From an uncultured Alphaproteobacteria bacterium (GTDB taxonomy: Bacteria > Pseudomonadota > Alphaproteobacteria > CBDUZE01), in contig CBDUZE010000001.1 in the NCBI GenBank assembly GCA_965371625.1, positions 71,320-135,319 on the forward strand: a DNA stretch of 64,000 nt, written 5' to 3'. The position numbers were made by a program, and so were the translations under genes. Under the pieces are notes generated by a model. It had not been told where the DNA came from. It was given only the letters and a program-made list of their open reading frames with translations, and searched no databases. Numbering within the stretch: the stretch's first letter is position 1; the number at the start of each line of letters is the position of its first letter. Below, one piece after another: positions 29,309-37,855 of the stretch.

Positions 29309-30094
29309 TTAGGCCGAGAGCACGTCATCTAGGCGCGATGCAAGAAAGCTGATAAAGACGAGGCACTGTAGGGCGCTTTGACGATCATCGACCTGGATGG
29401 TGTGAGCCCTCGGATTGCGCAGCGCAAGCATGGCACCTGCGTAAAGAAACATCATCCCTTTCTGCTCTCCTTTTTCATGATCGTTGGTAAGATTGTTGAA
29501 CCTGAGAATAGGTTCATTTTGGCTAAAAACGCGGAGCATTAAATCTGTCCCATCGGCGTCAAAGATTCCGGTCTTTGTTTGAATGAGAGCGTTGAGCGCA
29601 GTGCACCCACGTAACAAAGCATCAGCGTAGTGCCCATTTCGGTATAGATCCCCTGATGCCGTTTCAATTGCCTGGTGTAAAGCGGTTTCAGCCAGTGCAC
29701 GCTGTGCTCGACCACTCTCACTCTCACCCAGGTCTTCCAGCTTTTCCTCAAGCATTTCGACGGCGGTCTGCAATGATGTGATTGCGCTTTCGACGTTGTT
29801 AGCGATTTCTTGGAGCCTCTCTTCCCGTGGAATTTCTAGTCCAAATGACATCGATACCGCGCTCAGCGGTAGGACGCGGTATCGAGAATAGTCCGTAGTA
29901 TCTTCTCCAAAAATCGATGCTAGGCTATCCTCGATCTTCGTAGAAATCGCGGCCAGTCGGGCATCGTCAGCGCCCTGAATCGTGGAAAGATCGAGATCAT
30001 GGAGCTCACTGATCCGCCGATTCAACTTCCGAATCGCGCCATGCATTTGCTCGGGTGAAAGGTTTGCCGGTCGACTGTCAGGTGGCTTAACCAT
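29309..30094 (-). CDS. HEPN-domain protein of the TIGR02391 (Abi-associated) family with ~140-aa coiled-coil N-terminal extension
   Basis: C-terminal region (GHYADALLRGCTALNALI...DGTDLMLRVFSQNEPILRFNNL...GEQKGMMFLYAGAMLALRNPRAHT...ALQCLVFISFLASRLDD) follows the conserved TIGR02391 pattern, including the HEPN Rx4H motif (RNPRAH). First gene of the island operon. Confidence 0.65.
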   Translation of the reverse strand: MVKPPDSRPANLSPEQMHGAIRKLNRRISELHDLDLSTIQGADDARLAAISTKIEDSLASIFGEDTTDYSRYRVLPLSAVSMSFGLEIPREERLQEIANNVESAITSLQTAVEMLEEKLEDLGESESGRAQRALAETALHQAIETASGDLYRNGHYADALLRGCTALNALIQTKTGIFDADGTDLMLRVFSQNEPILRFNNLTNDHEKGEQKGMMFLYAGAMLALRNPRAHTIQVDDRQSALQCLVFISFLASRLDDVLSA

Positions 30095-30432
30095 CGCAAA
30101 TCTCCAGGTTGAATTTTCCAGTAAGGATATATTGAATCAATGAAAATTCAAAGGCCGGGCGAACCTCGCCTCGCGCTGGGCTTATCGCGCCCGCTGTCGG
30201 CGATGGCCTTGTTATCGCCGATACCTTACGACAGCCCCAAGGCCGAGCCGTCCAGCGTCGTATATTGCGCCGTTCCCGCCCGCGGGCAAGATACCTGGAA
30301 GGGGTCTTTCGCGCCCCCGCGGGCTTGTCAGGGGCAGCGAGGGACCAGCGGTCGGCAGGTGCTGACCCGGTGCTGACCCCAAGAAGGAACGGATCGAGAA
30401 ATGGGGTCGGATAAAGGATTCGAGCCCTTGAC

Positions 30433-30448
30433 CCGCTGTTACCTATAC
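30433..30448. repeat. 16-bp motif CCGCTGTTACCTATAC, copy 2 (promoter region of the dapA-like gene)
   Basis: Identical to 27255-27270 in the same orientation. Contains GntR-type half-site pattern CTGT...ACxG. Confidence 0.6.
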
Positions 30449-30485
30449 TGAGGATCGCGGGGCCTGGCACCCGTCGTCCGAGGGC

Positions 30486-31424
30486 ATGAAGGAGGGGGCG
30501 ATGTCCGAGCGCCGGACCACTTGGAAGGGAGTCTTCGTCGTCGCGGCGACGCCGTTCACGGAGTCGGGCGAGGTCGACGAGGGCGGCTTTCGCAGCCTGG
30601 TAAACCGCTTCGTTGCCGACGGCGTCCACGGCATCATCGTCGCCGGCAGCACCGGCGAGTGGTACACGCTTGGCGAGGACGAGCGCCTGGCCCTGTTCGA
30701 GATCGCCAGGGCCGAGGCCGGCGGCGCGGTGCAGCTGATCGCCGGGACCTCGGCGATCGCGACCCGCGATACCGTGCGCCTCACCGCCGCGGCCAAGGAG
30801 TTGGGCTACGACGGGGCGATGGTCCTGGCGCCGCCCTATGCGCTCCCCAACGAGCGCGAGGTGCTGGGCCATTTCGAGGCGGTGGCGGCGGTGGGCCTGC
30901 CGATCATGGCCTACAACAACCCGGGCCGCACCCAAGTCAACCTGAGCGCCGCGATGGTCGACAAGCTGTGCGACTTCGAGACCATCGTGGCGCTCAAGGA
31001 CAGCTCGAAGGACCTCTATCAGTTGAGCCAGACGATCCGCGTCGTCGGCGATCGCCTGGCCGTCTTCGCCGGTCTCGAGCCCTATGCGCTGGCCATGATC
31101 CAGCGCGGCGCCGTGGGCATCGTCTCGATGAGCGCCAATATCATCGGCCGCCGCGCGGTGACCTTCTACGACCACGCCGCGGCCGGCCGCTGGGCCGAGG
31201 CTCGCGCCATCGAGGCGGTGATCGACCGCCTCTACGAGGCCTTCTACGTCGGCGGCTACGGTGCCTACGTGGTGATCAAGGAGTGCATGAACCTGGCCGG
31301 CCGGCCGGCGGGCTGGCCGCGCCGGCCCCATCTGCCGATGGACGCGGACGGGCGCCAGCGGCTCGCCCACGTGCTCGCCGAGATCGGCGTGATCGGCGCC
31401 GACCAGCCCGACGCCGCCGATTAG
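30486..31424 (+). CDS. Dihydrodipicolinate-synthase-family lyase (DapA/HypD-like; possibly pyrroline-4-hydroxy-2-carboxylate deaminase)
   Basis: DHDPS-family pattern (GIIVAGSTGEWYTL, active-site Lys region IVALKDSS). Start may be Met at 30501. Confidence 0.8.
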   Translation: MKEGAMSERRTTWKGVFVVAATPFTESGEVDEGGFRSLVNRFVADGVHGIIVAGSTGEWYTLGEDERLALFEIARAEAGGAVQLIAGTSAIATRDTVRLTAAAKELGYDGAMVLAPPYALPNEREVLGHFEAVAAVGLPIMAYNNPGRTQVNLSAAMVDKLCDFETIVALKDSSKDLYQLSQTIRVVGDRLAVFAGLEPYALAMIQRGAVGIVSMSANIIGRRAVTFYDHAAAGRWAEARAIEAVIDRLYEAFYVGGYGAYVVIKECMNLAGRPAGWPRRPHLPMDADGRQRLAHVLAEIGVIGADQPDAAD

Positions 31425-31439
31425 GCCGGAAGCGACGGC

Positions 31440-32603
31440 ATGGAGCTGCCGGCCCCCGACAGCGTCGCAGGGGCGAGGGCGGGGGCGGCGCCGGCGCTCC
31501 CCTCGGAGAGCGACATCGTGATCGTCGGCGCCGGCATCGCCGGCCTCTGCACCGGCCTCTACCTCGCCCGGGCCGGCCGCGAGGTCGTGATCCTCGACCG
31601 CGCCGAGCCCTGGGGCGACGCCTCGGGCGCCAACGCCGGCACCATCTCGCTGCAGGTCAAACGCCCCGAGGTGCTCGAGATGACGCGCACCGCCATCGCC
31701 CTGTGGCGCGAGTTCGGCGACGCCCTCGGCATCGACGTGGGCTTGGTCCAGGATGGCGGCCTAAGGGTCGCGACCTCGGAGGCGGACGTCGCCAACCTGC
31801 GCCGATCGGTGGCGCTCCAACAGGCCCGCGGCCTCGAGGTCGAGCTGCTCGAGGGTAGCGCGCTTCGCGACGCCGCGCCCTGGCTCGGCGCGGCCGTGCG
31901 CGCCGCCTCTTACTGCCGCTGGGACTGCTTCTCCAGCCCCCTGGTGGCGGGCCACAACCTGATCCGCGGCGCCGCCGCCGCCGGCGCCCGGGTGGTGGCC
32001 CACGCCGCGGTCGAGGCGATCGAGGCGGAGGCCTCGGGCTACCGGGTCCGGAGCGTCGCGGGCGCCATCCGATGCCGCCATCTGGTGATCGCCGCCGGCG
32101 CCTGGTCGGGCCGGATTGCCGGCCTGCTCGGCGTCGCGCTGCCGGTCATGGTGGACGTCAACATGCTGACCGTCACCGAGCCGGCGCCCCGGCTTTTCGA
32201 CAAGATCGTCACCCATATCGGCGGCATCCTGTCGCTCAAGCAGTACTCCAACGGCAGCTGCATGATCGGCGGCGCCTGGCAGGGCCGCGGCGGCCTCGAG
32301 AGCGGGGCCAAGGAGCTCGACTACGAGCGCCTGCTGCACAACCTGCGGCTCGCCGCCGCGGTGGTACCGGCCCTGGCCGAGCTTCGCGTGGTGCGGGCGT
32401 GGGCCGGCTTCGAGGCGGTGGCGCCGGACGCCCTGCCGCTGCTCGGGCGCCTGCCGGGCCACCGCGACGCCTTCATCGCGGCCTGTGCCCGCGGCGGCTA
32501 TTCCCAGGGCCCGGCGTTCGCTCGCCTGCTCGCCCAACTGATCGAGGGGCGCCCGACCTCGCTCGCCATCGAGCGCTTCGACCCGGGCCGGTTCCAGTCA
32601 TGA
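31440..32603 (+). CDS. FAD-dependent oxidoreductase, beta-subunit type (opine oxidase OoxB / HcnC / LhpB-like, DAO family)
   Basis: IVIVGAGIAGLCTG Rossmann motif and DAO-family body. First of three co-linear subunits. Confidence 0.8.
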   Translation: MELPAPDSVAGARAGAAPALPSESDIVIVGAGIAGLCTGLYLARAGREVVILDRAEPWGDASGANAGTISLQVKRPEVLEMTRTAIALWREFGDALGIDVGLVQDGGLRVATSEADVANLRRSVALQQARGLEVELLEGSALRDAAPWLGAAVRAASYCRWDCFSSPLVAGHNLIRGAAAAGARVVAHAAVEAIEAEASGYRVRSVAGAIRCRHLVIAAGAWSGRIAGLLGVALPVMVDVNMLTVTEPAPRLFDKIVTHIGGILSLKQYSNGSCMIGGAWQGRGGLESGAKELDYERLLHNLRLAAAVVPALAELRVVRAWAGFEAVAPDALPLLGRLPGHRDAFIAACARGGYSQGPAFARLLAQLIEGRPTSLAIERFDPGRFQS

Positions 32604-32926
32604 GTCCAGTCATGACCGAAGGGGCCGGGGCGCGGCGGTTGGGGGGCGGCGAGGGGCGCGGCGAGGCCTTCGAGATCACCTTCGACGGCGAGGCGCTCCG
32701 CGCCTACCCCGGCGAGACCGTGGCCACCGTCCTGCTCGCCGCCGGACGACGCCGCACCCGCGTCACGAGCCGCCGCGGCGAGCCGCGCGGCCTCTATTGC
32801 GGCATCGGCCTGTGCTGGGAGTGCGTGGTGGTGGTCGACGGCCGCCCCAACCAGCGCGCCTGCACCACCCCCGCCGCGCCGGGCCTGCGGGTCGAGACCC
32901 AGCGCGGCCCGGGAGAGAGCGCTTGA
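32600..32926 (+). CDS. Small 2Fe-2S subunit (HcnA / opine oxidase small subunit / LhpF-like)
   Basis: 108-aa ORF overlapping the upstream stop (ATGA), with CGIGLCWEC...C cysteine cluster typical of the BFD-like 2Fe-2S domain of these oxidases. Confidence 0.7.
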   Translation: MSPVMTEGAGARRLGGGEGRGEAFEITFDGEALRAYPGETVATVLLAAGRRRTRVTSRRGEPRGLYCGIGLCWECVVVVDGRPNQRACTTPAAPGLRVETQRGPGESA

Positions 32927-34380
32927 AGCGCTGCGACCTGGCCGTGGTGGGCGCCGGGCCGGGCGGCCTGGCGGCGGCGGCCGAAGCCCTCGAGCACGGC
33001 CTCTCGGTGACCCTGTTCGACGACAACCCGCTCCCCGGCGGCCAGTACTTCCGCCAGCCGCCGCGTTCATTGGCGAAGCTCACCCCCCGGCACCTGGAAC
33101 GGGACCAGGCGCGCGCCGCCGAGCTGTTCCGGGTCCTCGATCATCCCCGCCTCGACTATTTGCCGGAGACCGTGGTGTGGGACGCCCCGGAGGCCGATGT
33201 CCTGGCCTTTGCCGCGGGCGCGGAGTCGGGGCGCATCAGGGCCGGCGCCATCGTCCTCGCCGCCGGCGCCCATGACCGGGCGGTGCCCTTTCCGGGCTGG
33301 ACCCTGCCCGGAGTGATGACCGCCGGCGGGGTCCAGAACCTGATCAAGGGACAGCGGCTGACGCCCGGCGGCCGCGTCGTGGTGGCCGGCAACGGGCCGC
33401 TCTCGCTGGTGGTCGCCGTGACCCTGCATCGCGCCGGCGTCGAGGTCGCGGCGGTGGTCGAGGCGGCGGCGCTCAATCGGCGCCTCATGCGCCAGCTGCC
33501 GCGCTTGTGCGCGGCGCCGGCGCTGGTCCGCCAGGCGGCGGCGCTACGCCTCGCGCTGATCGCCGCCGGGATCCCGCTGCGCAGCGGCGAGACCGTGGTC
33601 GAGGCCCATGGCGAGGACGCGGTGCGCGCGGTGACCACCGCCCCCATCGACGACGCGGGCCGGCTCGACCGCGGCCGCGCCCGCACCCTCGAGGTCGATA
33701 CCCTGGTGACCGGCTTCGGCCTCGTCCCCTCGGTCGAGCTCACCCGGCTGCTCGGCTGTGACCATCGCTTCGAGGCGCTGCGCGGGGGCTGGCTGCCGCT
33801 CCGCTCGGAGGCCCTGGAGACCACCGTGCCCGGGGTCTTCGCGGTCGGCGACGGGGCCGGGATCGGCGGCGTCGAGATCGCGCTGCTCGAGGGCCGCCTG
33901 GCCGCGCTCAACGCGGTGGCGCGGCTGCGGGGCGGCGCCGCGGCGGCGGCGGTGCAAGGGCGGCGGCGCGCCCTGGGGCGGCGCCTCGCCCGCCTCTATC
34001 GCTTCCGCGCCGGGCTCGAACGCCTGTTCGCGCCGCCGCGCCATTTCCTCGAGCTCATCACGCCCGAGACCGTGGTCTGCCGCTGCGAGGAAGTGAGCGC
34101 CGGCGAGCTCCGGCGGCGCGCCGCCGAAGGGGCCACCAGCATGAGCCAGCTCAAGGCCACCACCCGCACCGGCATGGGCCGCTGCCAGGGGCGCAACTGC
34201 CTCGCCACCTTGGCCGCCCTGGTGGCCCGGGCGCAGGGCCGGGAGCCGGGCGCGGTACCGTGGCCCAAGGCGCGGCCGCCGGCCCGGCCCATCCTCTTGG
34301 GCGAGCTGTTGCACGAGCCACTGCCGCCGCCCGAGTTGCCCGACGACCCCCATTTCCCGCGCCAGCCGCCGGCGGGCTAG
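32923..34380 (+). CDS. FAD/NAD(P)-binding oxidoreductase, alpha-subunit type (OoxA / HcnB / LhpE-like)
   Basis: DLAVVGAGPGGLAAA and VVVAGNGPLSL dinucleotide motifs. C-terminal CRCEEV...C cysteine motif. Start at TTG overlapping the upstream stop. Confidence 0.75.
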   Translation: MKRCDLAVVGAGPGGLAAAAEALEHGLSVTLFDDNPLPGGQYFRQPPRSLAKLTPRHLERDQARAAELFRVLDHPRLDYLPETVVWDAPEADVLAFAAGAESGRIRAGAIVLAAGAHDRAVPFPGWTLPGVMTAGGVQNLIKGQRLTPGGRVVVAGNGPLSLVVAVTLHRAGVEVAAVVEAAALNRRLMRQLPRLCAAPALVRQAAALRLALIAAGIPLRSGETVVEAHGEDAVRAVTTAPIDDAGRLDRGRARTLEVDTLVTGFGLVPSVELTRLLGCDHRFEALRGGWLPLRSEALETTVPGVFAVGDGAGIGGVEIALLEGRLAALNAVARLRGGAAAAAVQGRRRALGRRLARLYRFRAGLERLFAPPRHFLELITPETVVCRCEEVSAGELRRRAAEGATSMSQLKATTRTGMGRCQGRNCLATLAALVARAQGREPGAVPWPKARPPARPILLGELLHEPLPPPELPDDPHFPRQPPAG

Positions 34381-34525
34381 GGGCAAGGGCCCAAACCGTC
34401 TCCCGAAAGTCGCGCCGTGGCCCGCAAAAGTCACTGAAAACCAGAGCTTTGCGATTCTCCGGGGTTAACCCAAAATTAAGCCAGATCATGATCTGATTGG
34501 CGCAGCGAAATTCCCGGAACTGGCC

Positions 34526-34999
34526 TTGGCACCCGCAAACGCAACAGGTGAGCGAGAGGCCGCGGCCGCGTCGGCCGCGGGCGGCGCGTCGATCGACCTC
34601 GACGGCCTTCTCAGCACCGCCTCCGACAGGATGACGCGGCTCGACCCCGAGCCGCCCGCCCAGTTCACCTTCTCCTGGCGCGGCACCGCCTTCTCGGCCA
34701 AGGTCGAAAGACACGGCCAAGGCTTCCGCCTGGTCCTCGGCTGCAATCTCGGCGCGGTCCCCTACAGCGCCGAGAACCTGCCTCACCGCGAGACTCTGCT
34801 GGCGCTTCTCGGCGGCCCCCAGACCGGCGCCCCGGGGCGCTTCCGGGTCGATCGGCGGCATCGCCTCCACTTCGCCACCAGCGCCGAGGTCGAGGAGCGG
34901 GCGACGGGCACCGCCATCGTCGGCTGGACGACGCTGCTGCTGTTGCGCGCGGCGCCCTGGCTCGAGCACGCGGCGGCGCTCTGCGTGGCGCGGCGCTAG
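34526..34999 (+). CDS. Hypothetical protein (157 aa)
   Basis: ORF with host-like composition, followed directly by a strong rho-independent-type terminator. The opposite-strand ORF 34151..34969 looks like compositional noise. Confidence 0.45.
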   Translation: MAPANATGEREAAAASAAGGASIDLDGLLSTASDRMTRLDPEPPAQFTFSWRGTAFSAKVERHGQGFRLVLGCNLGAVPYSAENLPHRETLLALLGGPQTGAPGRFRVDRRHRLHFATSAEVEERATGTAIVGWTTLLLLRAAPWLEHAAALCVARR

Positions 35000-35038
35000 A
35001 GCGGTTCCGCACTGATCGGAACCGCTCTAGATTCTTTT
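34996..35038 (+). terminator. Intrinsic terminator: 14-bp perfect stem CTAGAGCGGTTCCG / CGGAACCGCTCTAG, 7-nt loop, then ATTCTTTT
   Basis: Read directly. Stem starts in the stop codon of the 34526..34999 ORF. Confidence 0.6.
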
Positions 35039-35198
35039 CGCTCACGGCAGCGGACCCAAGGATCCGCGCCTGCGCGGGCGCGCCGGAGGGCCGGCGGGCC
35101 GCAGTCGCGGCCTTGAGCGCTTCCAATTGACCTGAAATCGCTCTGGCCCCGCCGCCCCGGCGCGGTCTGAGGCACCCGAGGCCTCGCCGGCGCCGCGC

Positions 35199-36221
35199 CT
35201 ACTCAGGTTCGGGCAGCGCGAACACCTGTCCCGGATAGATCTCGTCGGGATCGCGGATCTGGTCCCGATTGGCCTGATAGATCACCGTGTAGCGGGTGCC
35301 GGCGCCGTAGACCGCGCGGGCGATGCGCCACAGGCTGTTGCCGGGCTGCACGACGACGCTGCCGGCGGCCACCGCGATGGTGCCCGGCACGGCGCGGCTG
35401 AAGGGCACCTCGATCCTGAGCGCCACCGCGCCGCCGGCGCCGATCTGGTCGACGCGCAGGCCGTGGGCGCCCGGCGCCACCTGGGCCGCGGGCTCGAGCC
35501 GCCATCTCCCGGTTTCGTCGGCCCGCGCCGTGCCCACCACCTGGTCGTCGATATAGGCGCGCACGCTGGCGCCGGGCCGGGCCAGACCCGAGAGCACGAC
35601 GTTGCCCTCCTCGTCGTAGTCGACCGCGCTCACCGACAGGCCCCCGGTCGCCGCCGCCGCGAGCTCCGGAGCCGGGCCCTGCAGCACCTCGGTGTCGCCG
35701 CTCGCGGTGCTGCGCAACACCAGTACCGGCTTCCCGCCGCCGGCGCTTGGCCCAGCCTCGTCGCGCTCGGGCACGACCACCACCACGACCTGCTCCGATC
35801 GCTTCGCCGTCGCCTCTCCCGGCGCCCGGACCTCCTGGCTGAGCTCGACCGCGCCGCTCTTGAGCCGCGCCACCGGCACCAGCACCCACTCGCCGCGCGA
35901 ATCGGCGATGACCGTGCCGAGCACCTCCTCGCCCGCCCGCACCGTGACCTCGGCGCCGGGCAGGGTGCGGCCGGCGATCACGGTGGTGCCATCGGGCGCC
36001 ACCCGGACCACGTCGAAGCTCGCCTCCTCCTTGGGCCGCAGCTCGCCCTCGGGCGCCTCCACTATGCGCTCCACCGCGCTGGGCCGCGCCGCGGCGGGCG
36101 CTTCCGTCTCTGGTACCGCCACCTCGGGCGCCGGGACCTCGCGCCCAAAGCGCAAGGTCAACGCCAGGATCAGCGCCGCGAGCACGGCGATGGCGGCGAC
36201 CACCCAAGCTTTGTTGCGCAC
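35199..36221 (-). CDS. LysM peptidoglycan-binding domain protein with N-terminal membrane anchor and Ig-like repeats
   Basis: C-terminal LysM motif (VVQPGNSLWRIARAVYGAGTRYTVIYQANRDQIRDPDEIYPGQVFALP) and N-terminal hydrophobic helix. Confidence 0.7.
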   Translation of the reverse strand: MRNKAWVVAAIAVLAALILALTLRFGREVPAPEVAVPETEAPAAARPSAVERIVEAPEGELRPKEEASFDVVRVAPDGTTVIAGRTLPGAEVTVRAGEEVLGTVIADSRGEWVLVPVARLKSGAVELSQEVRAPGEATAKRSEQVVVVVVPERDEAGPSAGGGKPVLVLRSTASGDTEVLQGPAPELAAAATGGLSVSAVDYDEEGNVVLSGLARPGASVRAYIDDQVVGTARADETGRWRLEPAAQVAPGAHGLRVDQIGAGGAVALRIEVPFSRAVPGTIAVAAGSVVVQPGNSLWRIARAVYGAGTRYTVIYQANRDQIRDPDEIYPGQVFALPEPE

Positions 36222-36345
36222 GGGACCTCGGGATCAAGACTTCAATCGAGCCCTAACAGTAATACCGGGACCGGGCGCAGACAACGCCCGACCTCGTTCG
36301 GGGGCGCGGGGGTTCGGGGGCGACGGCGCGCCGGCTTGGCGCCGC

Positions 36346-37272
36346 TCAGGGGCGCTTGCGCTCGACCCGGTGCCGAATCGGTGTGAACGACAAGACGTAA
36401 TCCGCGATGGCGGCCAGGTCCTCGTCGCTCAGGTGCTTGAGGCCCTCGTCGATGGCCTCGGCCATGGCGCCCTGGACGGTATCGAAATTGGCTTTGCGAC
36501 CGGTACTAAGCAGCCGCACGAGGTCGGCGGCGCTCCAGTCGCCGATGCCGGTTGCGCGGTGCGGCGTGATGTTGGGGGCGAGGCGCCCTTCCGGCCCCTG
36601 AGCTGTGCCGGCGAGCCACATCTCCCGGTCCAAGGCGCCAAGGGCGTTACGTGGGGTATGGCATTCGCCGCAGTGAGCCAGCGCCTCGACCAGGTAGGCG
36701 CCCCGGTTCCAGCGCTTCGAGCGGCCGGGATCAGGCTGTAAGGGGCCGGGCTCGAAGAACAACAGCTTCCACGCCCCGACGAGGAAGCGCCAGGCGAAGG
36801 GCGGGCGCAGTTCGTGCGGCGGGACAGGGCTCCGCACGGGCGGGCGCGAGAAGAGATAGGCATTGAGCGCCACCACGTCCGCCGCGCGCATGTGGGTATA
36901 AGAGGTATAGGGAAAGGCGGGGAAATAATGGGCACCGTCGGGACGGATGCCGTGGCGCAGGGCGCGCGCAAAATCGGCGTCCGACCAGGCCCCGATGCCG
37001 GTCTCCTCATCGGGGGTGATGTTGGGGCTGTAGAAAACGCCGAACGGCGTCTTCAGCGCGCGGCCGCCGGCCAACGGCCTGCCGCCGCCCTTGACGTCGG
37101 TATGGCAGCTCACGCAGCCGCCGGCGCGAAGCAGGTACTCGCCACGCGTCAGGAGATCGTGCTCGCCGGCGACCGCCCTGGCCGCCGCGCCAAGCGCGAG
37201 GACGGCGCAAAGCAGCGCGGCGCCGACCGGCACCCGGGTCGGGAGGCGGAGTTCGCACCAGTGTCTCAGCAC
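36346..37272 (-). CDS. Dihaem c-type cytochrome
   Basis: Two CxxCH motifs (CVSCH, CGECH) and a signal peptide. Confidence 0.75.
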   Translation of the reverse strand: MLRHWCELRLPTRVPVGAALLCAVLALGAAARAVAGEHDLLTRGEYLLRAGGCVSCHTDVKGGGRPLAGGRALKTPFGVFYSPNITPDEETGIGAWSDADFARALRHGIRPDGAHYFPAFPYTSYTHMRAADVVALNAYLFSRPPVRSPVPPHELRPPFAWRFLVGAWKLLFFEPGPLQPDPGRSKRWNRGAYLVEALAHCGECHTPRNALGALDREMWLAGTAQGPEGRLAPNITPHRATGIGDWSAADLVRLLSTGRKANFDTVQGAMAEAIDEGLKHLSDEDLAAIADYVLSFTPIRHRVERKRP

Positions 37273-37327
37273 AGCACAAGTGGTGGTCGGCGGCCGGCGG
37301 CCCGTCTTTGAGCGGGGCCGGCCGCGC

Positions 37328-37798
37328 TTACTGCTTCTCCTTGCGGAAACGCTTGTGGCAGCCGCCGCACGACTTGCCGATTTCTTCGAGCTGGGCGCCG
37401 ATAGCCCCCAAGTCGCCGGTGGCGGCGACCTCGGCCAGCTTCACGGCCTGGGTCCTGTAGTTCGCGTAGAGCTCCTGGAACTCGTCCCAGTTCTGCCAGA
37501 TCTCGGGCTTGGCGCGGCTTTCGCCGACCGCCGATCCCTCCGGGAAGATGTCGGCCTCCATCTCGGCGATGGCCTTGACGGCGTCGGCGTGGTCTTTTAC
37601 GTGTGCCCCGTAGGACACCTCGCCCCCGACCACGGCAGCGATCGCCCGCAAGTGGCCGGTCTGGGTGTTCATCAGGATCACGCGATATTTGACAACATCC
37701 TCCGGCGCGTCCTGCGCCGCGACGCCGCCTGCGGCGCCGAGCATGAACACGGCCGGGATGAGCCCCGTCGCAACTCGCTTGAACATCCAATCCATCAC
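37328..37798 (-). CDS. Class II cytochrome c (cytochrome c'/c556 family)
   Basis: Signal peptide, four-helix-bundle-sized protein (156 aa), single C-terminal haem motif CGGCH. Confidence 0.7.
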   Translation of the reverse strand: MMDWMFKRVATGLIPAVFMLGAAGGVAAQDAPEDVVKYRVILMNTQTGHLRAIAAVVGGEVSYGAHVKDHADAVKAIAEMEADIFPEGSAVGESRAKPEIWQNWDEFQELYANYRTQAVKLAEVAATGDLGAIGAQLEEIGKSCGGCHKRFRKEKQ

Positions 37799-37855
37799 TG
37801 ATCTCCCTGAGAACGTCGTGTCAAATCCGAGCCCCGGTCGCGCCCCTTACACTCT

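Noticed and set aside
30388-30432. tRNA-like 3' fragment (GGATTCGAGCCC, T-loop-like) next to the second 16-bp repeat
   Set aside because: No acceptor stem/CCA and the T-stem pairing is imperfect. Cannot support a tRNA or tRNA-derived att site from sequence alone.
30087-31370. 427-aa minus-strand ORF
   Set aside because: Antisense to the dapA-like gene, which has clear DHDPS motifs.
34151-34969. 272-aa minus-strand ORF
   Set aside because: Low-complexity translation. The +strand 157-aa ORF is favoured by the terminator positioned at its stop.
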